Assembly (NCBI GenBank): GCA_963778655.1
Contig: CAVZVA010000010.1
Location: forward strand, 1,472,001-1,536,000
DNA: 64,000 bases
Reading direction: 5' to 3'
DNA from: an uncultured delta proteobacterium
Lineage (GTDB): Bacteria; Myxococcota_A; Polyangia; Polyangiales; JAFGIB01
The notes under the pieces are model-generated. The model had not been told where the DNA came from and ran no database searches. It saw nothing but the letters and a program-made list of their open reading frames with translations. The position numbers and the translations under genes are program-made. Position 1 is the stretch's first letter. Each line of letters begins with the position of its first letter. Shown in pieces: positions 49,728 through 58,712 of the stretch.

Positions 49728-50351
49728 ATGACGCAGGCGCGCCACTTCAGCCGCTACGGCAACAAGCAGAAGCACGAGAGCAGAAACCCGCTGCAGCGCG
49801 CGCTGATCGAGCGCTTTCACGCGCAACTCGCCGCGCAGGTACGCAGCCTCGCGCCGCGCGAGATCCTGGAGCTGGGCTGCGGCGAGGGCTACGTGCTGGC
49901 CGCGCTGCGACGCGCCGGCATTTCCGTGCCCATGCTGGGCATCGATCTTTCGGAGCCCGCGCTGGCGGAGGCCCGCCGGCGCGTGCCGGACGCGCACTTC
50001 GAGCTGCAGGACGCGCGCTCGTTCGCGAGCGCCGGCCGCCGTCACGACCTCGTGATCGCGGCCGAGGTGCTCGAGCACATTCCCGAGCCCGCGCAGATGC
50101 TCGAGGTGCTCGACGCGCTCGCGGGCCGCTATCTGATCGCCAGCGTGCCGTGGGAGCCGTTCTTTCGCGGCCTGAATTTCCTGCGCGGCAAGCACGTGCT
50201 GCAGCTCGGCAATGATCCCGAGCACGTCAACCACTGGAGCCGGCGCGGATTCGTGCACTTCGTGAGCACCCGCTTCGAGCTGCTGCAGCAGCCGGAGGTC
50301 TTTCCGTGGGCGATGGTCAGCGCGCGCCGCCGCGGTGCGCCCGTGGCGTGA
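49728..50351 (+). CDS. Class I SAM-dependent methyltransferase
   Basis: ILELGCGEG, GIDLS, EVLEH, ASVP. Confidence 0.9.
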   Translation: MTQARHFSRYGNKQKHESRNPLQRALIERFHAQLAAQVRSLAPREILELGCGEGYVLAALRRAGISVPMLGIDLSEPALAEARRRVPDAHFELQDARSFASAGRRHDLVIAAEVLEHIPEPAQMLEVLDALAGRYLIASVPWEPFFRGLNFLRGKHVLQLGNDPEHVNHWSRRGFVHFVSTRFELLQQPEVFPWAMVSARRRGAPVA

Positions 50352-50427
50352 GCACGCGTGCAGAGGGCGTGAAGCCGGGCGACCGGAAGGCGCGAAGCCC
50401 GACGTGTGCTCGCAACGCGCGAGCCAG

Positions 50428-50503
50428 GCCTACATGACCGATCACGATTCGGGAACGGCCATGCCGATCGGTCATGTAGCGGTGCGGCGGATGCCACACC
50501 ACC
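50428..50503 (-). repeat. 76-bp structured intergenic repeat, copy 2 (inverted relative to copy 1)
   Basis: Perfect 14-bp inverted repeat CTACATGACCGATC..GATCGGTCATGTAG; lies between convergent genes. Confidence 0.85.
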
Positions 50504-50555
50504 TGACCTAGACAGGCCAATGAGTTGCCTGGCGCGGCCAACTGCGAGCATGCGC

Positions 50556-50831
50556 TCAGTTGCAACCGCAACCGCCGCCGCTGCTGCCCACCGCTCCGCT
50601 CGAGCCCTCGCGGTACGCGGTCGCATGCTCCGCGCCCGCCTCCGCGTCGGGGTTGCGGTCCGGGTTCATGTCGGGCTTTGCCAAGCGTTCTCGCTGGTAA
50701 GGCGCGACCGTGGCGCACGCGCCCAGCAAGAGCCCGCAAGCCAAGAGGCCGCCAAGAACCTTGGGCCACCGCCAAGAATCCGGGCGCGCCGTGAGCGCAG
50801 ATCCCTTCACGCTCTGGCACCGCTTGCTCAT
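50556..50831 (-). CDS. DUF4266-like small lipoprotein
   Basis: Lipobox LLGAC; VAPYQRERLAKPDM..EH..YREGSSG..GGGCGCN C-terminus characteristic of the family. Confidence 0.88.
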   Translation of the reverse strand: MSKRCQSVKGSALTARPDSWRWPKVLGGLLACGLLLGACATVAPYQRERLAKPDMNPDRNPDAEAGAEHATAYREGSSGAVGSSGGGCGCN

Positions 50832-50965
50832 GGGTTGTCGTGTCGGGTATGGCGTCCGCATGTACGTGCATGGTATGGTGCCCCCGCCAGCTTGTACACC
50901 GTACAGCCGTTGAGAGCGTATGGTCTGGCGGGTGCGTCGTCAGGTGCGAGGTGAAGGAGGGTGGT

Positions 50966-52048
50966 ATGAAGTCGCGCAGAGTGCTTCTGGTTGCGGCAGC
51001 GTTGATGGTGGGATCGTTTGGCTGCTCGGCGGCCAAGAGCAAGAACGCCGGTGCCGGCAATGGCAATGGCTCGGGCTCTGGAGCGCAGGCCGCAAATGAC
51101 ATGAATGGCCAGGACGCTAGCGCCGGCGGGTCCGGTTCTGGGGCTTCGGCGGGCAGCGGCAGTGGCACCGGCACCGGCGGCTCGGGTTCGGGTTCGGGTT
51201 CGGGGTCCGGCTCCGGCTCGGGTAACAGCGGCATGCTGATGAAGATACCGCCGCCGCCTGACGTGATGGAGATGCTCGATCCCAACGTGGACTGGACCGC
51301 GCTGACGTTGGTCTACTCGCCGATGTACTCCGCGTTCGACGGCCAGCACACCTTCCAGGTTCCGGTGCACGTCGACGGCGCCACCGTCGACATCTCCGGC
51401 TGGCAGGCGATCCCTGCGAGCGCGGTGAGCTTCGACCCGGATCCGGACGGCGGCGGCGTGCTGGTCACGGTGCTGGAAAACACGCCGGAGATCACCATCG
51501 CCGCGAGCAACGGCGCAGTGGGCGGAACCGCGCCGCTGCGCATCACCAGCGGCACGCCCGACGAATGGGCCGCGGGCGAGGCTCGCTACAACAACGGCGT
51601 GGACTTCAACCTTCCGATGCTGGACTTCAGCCAGATCATCGACCCGAACTGGATGCCCCCGCCCCCGCCGCCGAACCTCGCCTGCAACAACTGCCACAGC
51701 ACCGGCGCGAAGTACTTCGAGATCCAGCACACGCCGACCCAGGCCGCGCGCTACTCGGACGACGATCTGGCCACCATCTTCACCAAGGGCATGAAGCCCC
51801 CCGGCGTCGGCTTCCGCGTGCTGCCCGCGATGCTCGGCAACACCACGGCGGTGGACCTCTACGCCATGTTCCACAAATGGGACGCAACCCCGGAGGAGGT
51901 CAAGGGGTTGATCGTCTACCTGCGCTCGCTCACGCCCAAGGGGCAGGGGGACATCCTGCTTCCCGACGGCACTTACGTGGCCCCGGGCACGATGCCACCA
52001 GGATACGGCGGGACCGGCGGCGGAACCGGCGGCGCCTCGGGACACTGA
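50966..52048 (+). CDS. Monoheme c-type cytochrome lipoprotein
   Basis: AAGGAGG RBS; lipobox SFGC; Gly/Ser linker; CNNCH at 51683-51697; LIVYLRSL terminal helix. Confidence 0.82.
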   Translation: MKSRRVLLVAAALMVGSFGCSAAKSKNAGAGNGNGSGSGAQAANDMNGQDASAGGSGSGASAGSGSGTGTGGSGSGSGSGSGSGSGNSGMLMKIPPPPDVMEMLDPNVDWTALTLVYSPMYSAFDGQHTFQVPVHVDGATVDISGWQAIPASAVSFDPDPDGGGVLVTVLENTPEITIAASNGAVGGTAPLRITSGTPDEWAAGEARYNNGVDFNLPMLDFSQIIDPNWMPPPPPPNLACNNCHSTGAKYFEIQHTPTQAARYSDDDLATIFTKGMKPPGVGFRVLPAMLGNTTAVDLYAMFHKWDATPEEVKGLIVYLRSLTPKGQGDILLPDGTYVAPGTMPPGYGGTGGGTGGASGH

Positions 52049-52264
52049 CGGGGTCGCGCTGTGACACGCGCGAGCTTAACGCTACTGTCTCCAATCTCTC
52101 GTGGCTGGATTGCTGTACGCCGTGGTTTCGATCAGAACGGCTTCTCGGGCTCCGACCTGCGATGCCGGCGCGGCCGCAGGAATACTCCCTGTATTGCAAG
52201 GTCGCGCAACGCCCTGAGCGGGCCCGCGCCGTGCGGAAAGGCGGCCGCGGAGAGATTGGGAACA

Positions 52265-53476
52265 GTGGTGTTAGACCGGCAACACGGCAGCTGCCGCTCG
52301 TTGGCGGCGGTTGCGCTGGGCGCGCTGCTGCTGGCCGCTTGCGGCGGCGACGGCGGCACGGGTACCACCAGCAGCAAGCACGCGTCGAAAGCCAAGCCCA
52401 TGCAGGACGCCTCCACCGCTGGCATGGCGGACGCGGCCGTGGAGGCGGGCAGCGCCGAGGACGCGTCCGAGCCTGTGGACGGCGGTGGCAGTAGCTATGT
52501 CCCCGGCTACATCGTGGCCGACGCGGGAGTCGACTGCGGGACTGTCGCCGCCGGTCAACTGCCCGACGATCTGGCGTGCACGGGGCTGTACACCGACGTC
52601 GCCAACAAGGACGTGGCCCCTGACGTCCACGAGTACGCGCCCGCGTACCTGCTGTGGTCGGATGGCGCAACCAAACAGCGCTGGATCTACTTGCCGCCCG
52701 ACACCCAGATCGACAACTCCAGCCCGGACGCCTGGCACTTCCCGGTGGGCACCAAGCTGTTCAAGCAGTTCAGCTGGAAGGGCCGCCGTGTCGAGACACG
52801 CATGTTCTGGAAGGCGGGGGAGGGGCGCTGGCTCAAGACCGCCTACCAGTGGAACGACGACGAGTCGGCGGCCACGCGCTTCGGCGGCGGCGATGTCGAC
52901 GTGGGCGGGGACACCTATCACATCCCGAGCCCCAAGGAGTGCGATCAGTGCCACAAGGGGCGTGATGATCGCGCGCTCGGCTTCGAGCAGGTCCTGCTCG
53001 GCCTGCCCGGCGCGACCGGGATGACGCTGTCGGAGCTGGTCCACCAGGATCTGCTCACCGATCCTCCGGTGCAGACCGAGCTCTCGATCGGCGACGACGG
53101 CACCGGCAACGCCGCGCCCGCGCTGGCGTGGCTGCACGTCAACTGCGGCGTGAGCTGCCACAATGCGAACTCCAATGCGGACGCCTACAAGACCGACATG
53201 TACCTGCGGCTGTCGGCCGACCAGCTCGACGGCAGTTCGTCCGCGGATTTCGACCCGATCAAGACCACAGTCGGCGTGGCGGCCAGGACGCCGCGCTGGT
53301 TGGGCAACGATCGCATCGTGCCTGGCTCGCCCGAGAACAGCTTGCTCTACCAGCTCGTGAGCAAGCGCGATCCAGCCAGGATGCAGGATCAGATGCCGCC
53401 GATCGCCTCCCGCGTCGTGGACAGCGACGGCATCATGGCGCTCGAGGCGTGGATCCGCAGCTTGCCCGCTCCTTAG
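52265..53476 (+). CDS. Diheme c-type cytochrome lipoprotein (SO2930-like)
   Basis: Lipobox LLAAC; LWSDGATKQR, FPVGT, VETR, YQWN, CDQCH, NCGVSCH, IVPGSPENSLL, MPP; start approximate. Confidence 0.8.
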   Translation: MVLDRQHGSCRSLAAVALGALLLAACGGDGGTGTTSSKHASKAKPMQDASTAGMADAAVEAGSAEDASEPVDGGGSSYVPGYIVADAGVDCGTVAAGQLPDDLACTGLYTDVANKDVAPDVHEYAPAYLLWSDGATKQRWIYLPPDTQIDNSSPDAWHFPVGTKLFKQFSWKGRRVETRMFWKAGEGRWLKTAYQWNDDESAATRFGGGDVDVGGDTYHIPSPKECDQCHKGRDDRALGFEQVLLGLPGATGMTLSELVHQDLLTDPPVQTELSIGDDGTGNAAPALAWLHVNCGVSCHNANSNADAYKTDMYLRLSADQLDGSSSADFDPIKTTVGVAARTPRWLGNDRIVPGSPENSLLYQLVSKRDPARMQDQMPPIASRVVDSDGIMALEAWIRSLPAP

Positions 53477-53588
53477 TGCTCTGACCGAAGGATCTGGACC
53501 CCGCCTCGAGCCCGATCCGACGTCGACTGCCATGTCGCCGAGCCTCGAAGTGCAAAACCCTCGGCCAGCGCAGTAGAATCCCACGCCC

Positions 53589-54542
53589 ATGCCTCGGCCC
53601 CTCACGATGCTGGTACCTCGGCGGCTCGCTTGGCTGCTTGCCGCGGGGCTGGCCTGGGCGAGCGCGGGCGCCACGGCCCATGCGTACTCGGCACCGGAGG
53701 CGTTCCCGGATTCCCCGGTTGCGGGCGGCGGTGGAGGTCGCTGGTTCACCGGCTCTCCGGCGGACGGATTCGGCTGCAGCGTGTGTCACGTGGCCACACC
53801 GGGGCAGCGCGTGTTTCCTTTCTACGTGGCGGGCTTGCCGCTGGAGGGCTACGAGCTGGCGACGCGCAACGAGGTGGTGCTGAGCTGGCCCGAGTTCGCG
53901 CAGCGTTGGAAGGAGCTGCGACCCGACCCGGCGGCTGCGCCCACGCCGGATCAGCCCGGCCCGGGCGTAGGTCTGGTGGCCGAGCTGGTCGCCGAGAGCG
54001 GCAAGGCTTCGGGCACGATCGAGATCGACACCGCGTCGGCGCAGCCCGGCGAGCTGTGTGAGCAGACCCGTCCCAACCTGCAGCCGCGGCTGGGGGTCAA
54101 GCTGTATCAGGTTCGCCCCGGCCTCGATCCGGTGCTGTTGAAGCCCGACTCGACCGGCCTGCTACGCTGCGACTCGCGGCTGCTGGGGCAGCGTTGCATC
54201 CTCGCGCTGAGCTCCTGCGGCGCGCAGCAGATTCGCTTCACCTGGACCTCTCCTCCCACCGCCGAGGGACCGATCTGGTTTTCCGCCGGGTTCGTCGCCA
54301 CCGAGTCGCTGTCCCGCACGCCCGACCACGACTCCGAGCAGGAGATCGCGCTGCCCCTGGTGCAGGCCGGCACGCCCAGCGCCACCTACCGCGAGACGCT
54401 GCAGAATGCCTGCGCGCTGGTCCGCGCCCGCTCCCGTCCCGGCTCGCGCGTGCTCGCGCTCGGCCTCGGCTTGTTCGTGGTCGTGCTGGTCGGGCGCCGC
54501 TCCCAATCGCGCGCGCGGCGGCGTGCACGGGGGCATGCTTGA
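53589..54542 (+). CDS. Secreted CxxCH protein with a Reeler-like domain and a C-terminal MYXO-CTERM-like anchor
   Basis: Signal ending AHA; CSVCH at 53775-53789; FTWTSP..GPIWF; Cys, hydrophobic stretch and Arg-rich tail at the C-terminus. Confidence 0.72.
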   Translation: MPRPLTMLVPRRLAWLLAAGLAWASAGATAHAYSAPEAFPDSPVAGGGGGRWFTGSPADGFGCSVCHVATPGQRVFPFYVAGLPLEGYELATRNEVVLSWPEFAQRWKELRPDPAAAPTPDQPGPGVGLVAELVAESGKASGTIEIDTASAQPGELCEQTRPNLQPRLGVKLYQVRPGLDPVLLKPDSTGLLRCDSRLLGQRCILALSSCGAQQIRFTWTSPPTAEGPIWFSAGFVATESLSRTPDHDSEQEIALPLVQAGTPSATYRETLQNACALVRARSRPGSRVLALGLGLFVVVLVGRRSQSRARRRARGHA

Positions 54543-55288
54543 TGCCCGTGCGCAAGCGTGCACGCCTGGCACCGCTCGGGCGCCCAGCCGCTGCGGTGGC
54601 AACTGCGCTGCTGTGCCTCGCGCTCGGTTGCGCTGAGAAGCCGCGCGAGATCACCCCGTCCGCCTATCCGAGCGCGGGCCTGTACACGCCGGGCAACACG
54701 CTCGGCGCGGGTGATCCGACCGACATGCCCGCGGCGAACATGGGGCTCGGCAATCGCTGCAAGCAGCTCGCGGGCGTGAGCGACGGCGGCGCGGCCGCGC
54801 AGGCGACCCCGGGAACGCTGCAGGTGCACTACACGACGCAGTCGCAGCAAGGGCGCTACGCGCCCAAGAACTGCAGCGCGGTGTGGGTCGAGACCCCCGA
54901 CGGCCAATACGTCGCGACGCTGGAGATCGCCTGCGCGCTGCGCCGCCCCGGGCTGGTCTACTGGGAGGACCACACCTGCATCGAAAAGCCCGGCCCGGAC
55001 GTGGTTACTTCCGCCTCCCTGCCCGATCACACCAAACCCCACTCCGCGATGTGGAACGGCGTGGACTTCGCGGGCGACCCCGTGCCCGACGGGCCTTACA
55101 AGCTCTTCATCGAGGTCACCGAGTCGGACAAGGAGCCGGGCGACTTCGTCACCTTCGATTTCGACAAGGGACCGTCGTCGTGGAGCCTCATGCCCGCCGT
55201 GGCTTTCGACGGCCCGCTGCAGGAGATCACGCTGGCGTGGAACGTGAAGCAAGAGGGGGGCTCGAGTGGCGCTGCCGGCGCGCACTGA
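54542..55288 (+). CDS. DUF2271-like lipoprotein
   Basis: TGATG overlap; lipobox LALGC; AVWVETPDGQYVATL, DVVTSAS, WNGVD..GDPVPDGPYKLFIEVTE. Confidence 0.8.
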   Translation: MPVRKRARLAPLGRPAAAVATALLCLALGCAEKPREITPSAYPSAGLYTPGNTLGAGDPTDMPAANMGLGNRCKQLAGVSDGGAAAQATPGTLQVHYTTQSQQGRYAPKNCSAVWVETPDGQYVATLEIACALRRPGLVYWEDHTCIEKPGPDVVTSASLPDHTKPHSAMWNGVDFAGDPVPDGPYKLFIEVTESDKEPGDFVTFDFDKGPSSWSLMPAVAFDGPLQEITLAWNVKQEGGSSGAAGAH

Positions 55289-55301
55289 GCACCGCCCGGG
55301 T

Positions 55302-56435
55302 ATGCGCGCGCGCCGCTGGCTAAAGGCCGGCGGCCTGGCCACCGCGTTGCTGCTGTGCGCGCTGCCGCTGCGGGCGCAGGAGGCCGATCAGACCACGGCA
55401 TCGACCTCGCTCTACGTGCGCACCGACAGCGACCACACCACCGTGATCACGCCGCGCGTTCATGCGGGCGCGCCGGTCGCCGATCAGACGCGAGTCGATC
55501 TAGTCTACACCGCGGACATCTGGACCAGCGCCTCGATCGACATCCGCACCTCCGCCTCGAAGGCGGTGACCGAGCAGCGCGACGAGATCGACGTGACCGT
55601 GCAGCACGCGTTTCCCGATCTCACCGTCGGCGGAACCTACCGCTACTCCAAGGAGCCCGACTACGAGTCGCACGGCGGCGTGCTGGGCGGTAGCTATGAC
55701 TTCGCCGACAAGAGCGCGAGCCTGGGCGTGACCGCGCGCGCCTATTTCGACCAGGTCGGCCGGGCGGGCGACCCGGAGTTCTCGCGCGCCAGCTCGATGC
55801 TGAGCGCGCGCACCTCCTTGACCCAGGTGATCGACCCCAAGACGTTTGCCAGCCTCACCTACGAGCTCAGCCGCCAGCAGGGCTACCTCTCCAGTCCTTA
55901 CCGTTACGTGCGCATCGCGAACGACGCAGGAGACTTGCCGAGCACCTGCGTGTACCCGGTCAAGATGTGCGCGCTGGAGAACAACCCGGGCTCGCGCCTG
56001 CGCCACGCCGTCGCGCTCAACGCGCGCCGCGCGCTCAGCGGCAGCATCTCGCTCGGCGCCAGCTATCGCTTCTACCTGGACGACTGGGGCGTGATCTCGC
56101 ACACGGCCGCGATCGACGCTGCGTGGATTCCGGGCGAGGGCTGGCTGCTGTCGTTCGGCTACCGCTTCTATCATCAGAGCGCGGCCTCCCACTATCAGCC
56201 CTTCTACGCGCCGATGCCGATGCCCACGTACTTCACCAACGACAAGGAGCTGACCTCACTGTCGTCTCACCGCATCGAGCTCGAGGTCTCGCGCGCGTTC
56301 CGGCTCGACGATCTCGGCAGCGAGCTGCGCGCCGTGCTGCTGGCCGCGCCCTCGTACTACACCTACGACGACTTTCTGCCGCTCGATCACATCAGCGCGC
56401 TGGACGTGACCGTGGCGCTGGAGGTCAAGCTGTGA
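55302..56435 (+). CDS. DUF3570-like outer-membrane beta-barrel protein
   Basis: Signal peptide; DIWTSASIDIRTSAS, EPDYES, GYLSSPYRYV, YRFYLDDWG, YRFYHQSAA; amphipathic terminal strand. Confidence 0.85.
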   Translation: MRARRWLKAGGLATALLLCALPLRAQEADQTTASTSLYVRTDSDHTTVITPRVHAGAPVADQTRVDLVYTADIWTSASIDIRTSASKAVTEQRDEIDVTVQHAFPDLTVGGTYRYSKEPDYESHGGVLGGSYDFADKSASLGVTARAYFDQVGRAGDPEFSRASSMLSARTSLTQVIDPKTFASLTYELSRQQGYLSSPYRYVRIANDAGDLPSTCVYPVKMCALENNPGSRLRHAVALNARRALSGSISLGASYRFYLDDWGVISHTAAIDAAWIPGEGWLLSFGYRFYHQSAASHYQPFYAPMPMPTYFTNDKELTSLSSHRIELEVSRAFRLDDLGSELRAVLLAAPSYYTYDDFLPLDHISALDVTVALEVKL

Positions 56436-57433
56436 CCCGCGCTGCTTGCGCACGGCCGCTACTGCCGCTCGTCCTGACGGCGCTGCTCGCGCTGTGTCCC
56501 GGCTCGGCGCGCGCGCAAGCCGGCGGCGAGCCGGAGTCCGAGCCCGATCAGGTGCAGCCCGAGCAAGCGGAGCAGGCCGACACGAGCGGCGCCGGCGAGC
56601 CGGCGCAGGCGCCGGCGGCGTCCGAGTCCACGCCCGAAGCCGCCGCCGAGCCTGCCGAGCCCGCGCCGGCCGAGGCGGAGCCCGCGGCGGAACCGTCCCC
56701 GGAGGCTGCCGCAGCGCCCGTCCCCGCTGCACCCGCGGCGGCGGTCTCGGGCCGCGCGCTCTCGCTGTACGCGGGCGCGGGCCTCGGCCTGGGCACGCTC
56801 TCGTTCGAGCGGCCCACCGCCGAAGGCGTGCAGGTCTTGCCCCAGACCTCTTTCGCCGCCGCGGAGCTGGTGTTGCGCATGCACGCCTGGCCGAAGAAGC
56901 GGCTCTCGCTCGAGGCGCTGCTCTCGTACCAGTCTTCGATCGGGCTGGTGCTGCAGGCTGCACCGCTGTTCGCGCTGCCCCAGAACGTTGACGTACGCTG
57001 GCAGCGTGTCGAGCTCGGCGCGGCGCCGCGCCTGCGTCTGGGCGACGCCGCGCACGCGCCTTCGCTCGCCCTTGCCCTGGGCTTCGTGCTGCGCTCGCTG
57101 TTCCCGGGCGTGCACCAGTTCAGCGTGCCCAAGTACCAACTCGGCAGCGTCGCGCTGCGCCCGGAGCTGCTGCTCCCGTTGGGCGATCTGGTGCGCTTGC
57201 GGGTGGGACCCGAAGCGGAATGGATGATGTTGATCACCGCCGCGCTGCGCAGCGAGGGCGCGTGCTGCCAGGGACTGGCGGTCGGCGGCCGCGGCTCGGT
57301 GGAGGCCAGCGTGGGCAGGACCATCCGCATCGCGCTCGCCTACGGCGAGTCGCACGGTTTCATCCCCGCGGGCAGCTGGCGTTTCATGGACGTGGAGCGC
57401 TTCTTGACCGCGCGCATCGCCGGGGAGCTATGA
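56432..57433 (+). CDS. Exported protein with an acidic Pro/Ala/Glu linker and a probable beta-barrel
   Basis: GTGA overlap; signal ending ARA; alternating hydrophobic strands (LSLYAGAGLGLG, VRLRVGPE, IRIALAYG). Confidence 0.7.
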   Translation: MTRAACARPLLPLVLTALLALCPGSARAQAGGEPESEPDQVQPEQAEQADTSGAGEPAQAPAASESTPEAAAEPAEPAPAEAEPAAEPSPEAAAAPVPAAPAAAVSGRALSLYAGAGLGLGTLSFERPTAEGVQVLPQTSFAAAELVLRMHAWPKKRLSLEALLSYQSSIGLVLQAAPLFALPQNVDVRWQRVELGAAPRLRLGDAAHAPSLALALGFVLRSLFPGVHQFSVPKYQLGSVALRPELLLPLGDLVRLRVGPEAEWMMLITAALRSEGACCQGLAVGGRGSVEASVGRTIRIALAYGESHGFIPAGSWRFMDVERFLTARIAGEL

Positions 57434-57434
57434 C

Positions 57435-57926
57435 GTGAAACGATTCTCGCGTGCAGGGATCGGTCTGCTCTTGCTGGCGGGCCTGGGGTGTAAGAGCGGG
57501 GACGACAAGGCCGTGTTCGCGCACCGCGAGTTCCAGCAATTCCAGCACGAGGTGTACCCTGTGCTGTTGCGCGATTGCGCCTTTCAGGCCTGTCACGGCG
57601 CGCCGGCGCGCTTCTTTCGCGTGTGGGGTCCGGGCCGCGCCCGCCTACCGACTCCGATGGGGCTTCCGGACGAGTTCGACCAGCCCACGGTCGACGAGAT
57701 CTCGGCCACGGAATCACTGGCGCTTTCAATGATCGACGATGGTGACCCGGGGCGATCGCTGCTGCTGCGCAAGCCGCTCGCGGTCGCGGCCGGAGGCTCG
57801 GGTCACCTCGGCGTGGACAAGCACGGGCGCGACATCTACCGCACTGCGCAGGACAGCGGCTACCTCACGATCGCGCGCTGGGTCTACGGCACGCCTACCA
57901 TGACCTCCGGGTCTGGTTCACACTGA
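57435..57926 (+). CDS. Small lipoprotein with a CX4CH heme-like motif (Planctomycete cytochrome c-like)
   Basis: Lipobox AGLGC; FQHEVYPVLLRDCAFQACHG; SLLLRKP..H; IARW. Confidence 0.72.
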   Translation: MKRFSRAGIGLLLLAGLGCKSGDDKAVFAHREFQQFQHEVYPVLLRDCAFQACHGAPARFFRVWGPGRARLPTPMGLPDEFDQPTVDEISATESLALSMIDDGDPGRSLLLRKPLAVAAGGSGHLGVDKHGRDIYRTAQDSGYLTIARWVYGTPTMTSGSGSH

Positions 57927-57935
57927 AAGTCTCTC

Positions 57936-58691
57936 ATGTCACGCGTCGAAGCGATGCCCCGCCCGCGTAGCGCCTGGTTGGCGGCTGCGTTGCTGCTGCT
58001 CGCAGGGCCGGCGTGCAATCGGCTCGACCCGTGCGGGGTGCCCGGCGTGGTCAAGCTGTGCCCGTGCGCCTCGGGCGCGCAGGGCGCGCAGATCTGCCGC
58101 AACGACAAGAGCTGGGGCGCCTGCGACTGCAGCGGCGTGATCGGCCTGCCCACGCCGGGTGGCGCGCAGGCTGGCGGCAGCGGCGGTCACGGCGGCACGG
58201 GTGAAGGAGGCGTCGGCGGAAACAGCGTGCTGCCGGGCAGCGGGGGCGCGCCGCCGACGCAGAGCGACGAGGACGCGGGCGAGGTGCCGATGTCCCAGCC
58301 GGACGCGGGCGGCGCGGGCGGCGCCTCGGGCGCGGGCGGCGCGAGCGGCGCGAGCGGCGCAGGGGCCGGCGGCGCGGCTGGCGGTCCGCCGGTGTCGACG
58401 GCCGCGGCCTACGGCGGCTGCACCACTGCCGCCGACTGCACGGCCGGCGCGCAGTGCATCATGACCGCGAGCTTTCCCAGCACCTACAGCGTGTGCGCGC
58501 CGCCCTGCGTCGACGTCGGCGAATGCCCCGTGCCCGAGGGCAGCTACGAAGCGGTGCTCACCTGCGTCACCGGCTATTGCCAGCTCGACTGCACGCCGGT
58601 GCTGTTCGCACCGCTGCTGAGCTGTCCCACCGGCATGACCTGCGTCGCGCCCCTGCTCGGCAACTCGTACTGCCACGACGACGGTATGTGA
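57936..58691 (+). CDS. Cys-rich exported protein / lipoprotein
   Basis: Signal with Cys; CPCASGAQGAQIC..WGACDC module; Gly linker; C-terminal Cys domain. Confidence 0.8.
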   Translation: MSRVEAMPRPRSAWLAAALLLLAGPACNRLDPCGVPGVVKLCPCASGAQGAQICRNDKSWGACDCSGVIGLPTPGGAQAGGSGGHGGTGEGGVGGNSVLPGSGGAPPTQSDEDAGEVPMSQPDAGGAGGASGAGGASGASGAGAGGAAGGPPVSTAAAYGGCTTAADCTAGAQCIMTASFPSTYSVCAPPCVDVGECPVPEGSYEAVLTCVTGYCQLDCTPVLFAPLLSCPTGMTCVAPLLGNSYCHDDGM

Positions 58692-58712
58692 GCGCCGCGT
58701 ATCGCCTGCGCG

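Noticed and set aside
51130..51225. GGTTCG/GGCTCC hexamer repeats
   Set aside because: They encode an ordinary Gly-Ser linker.
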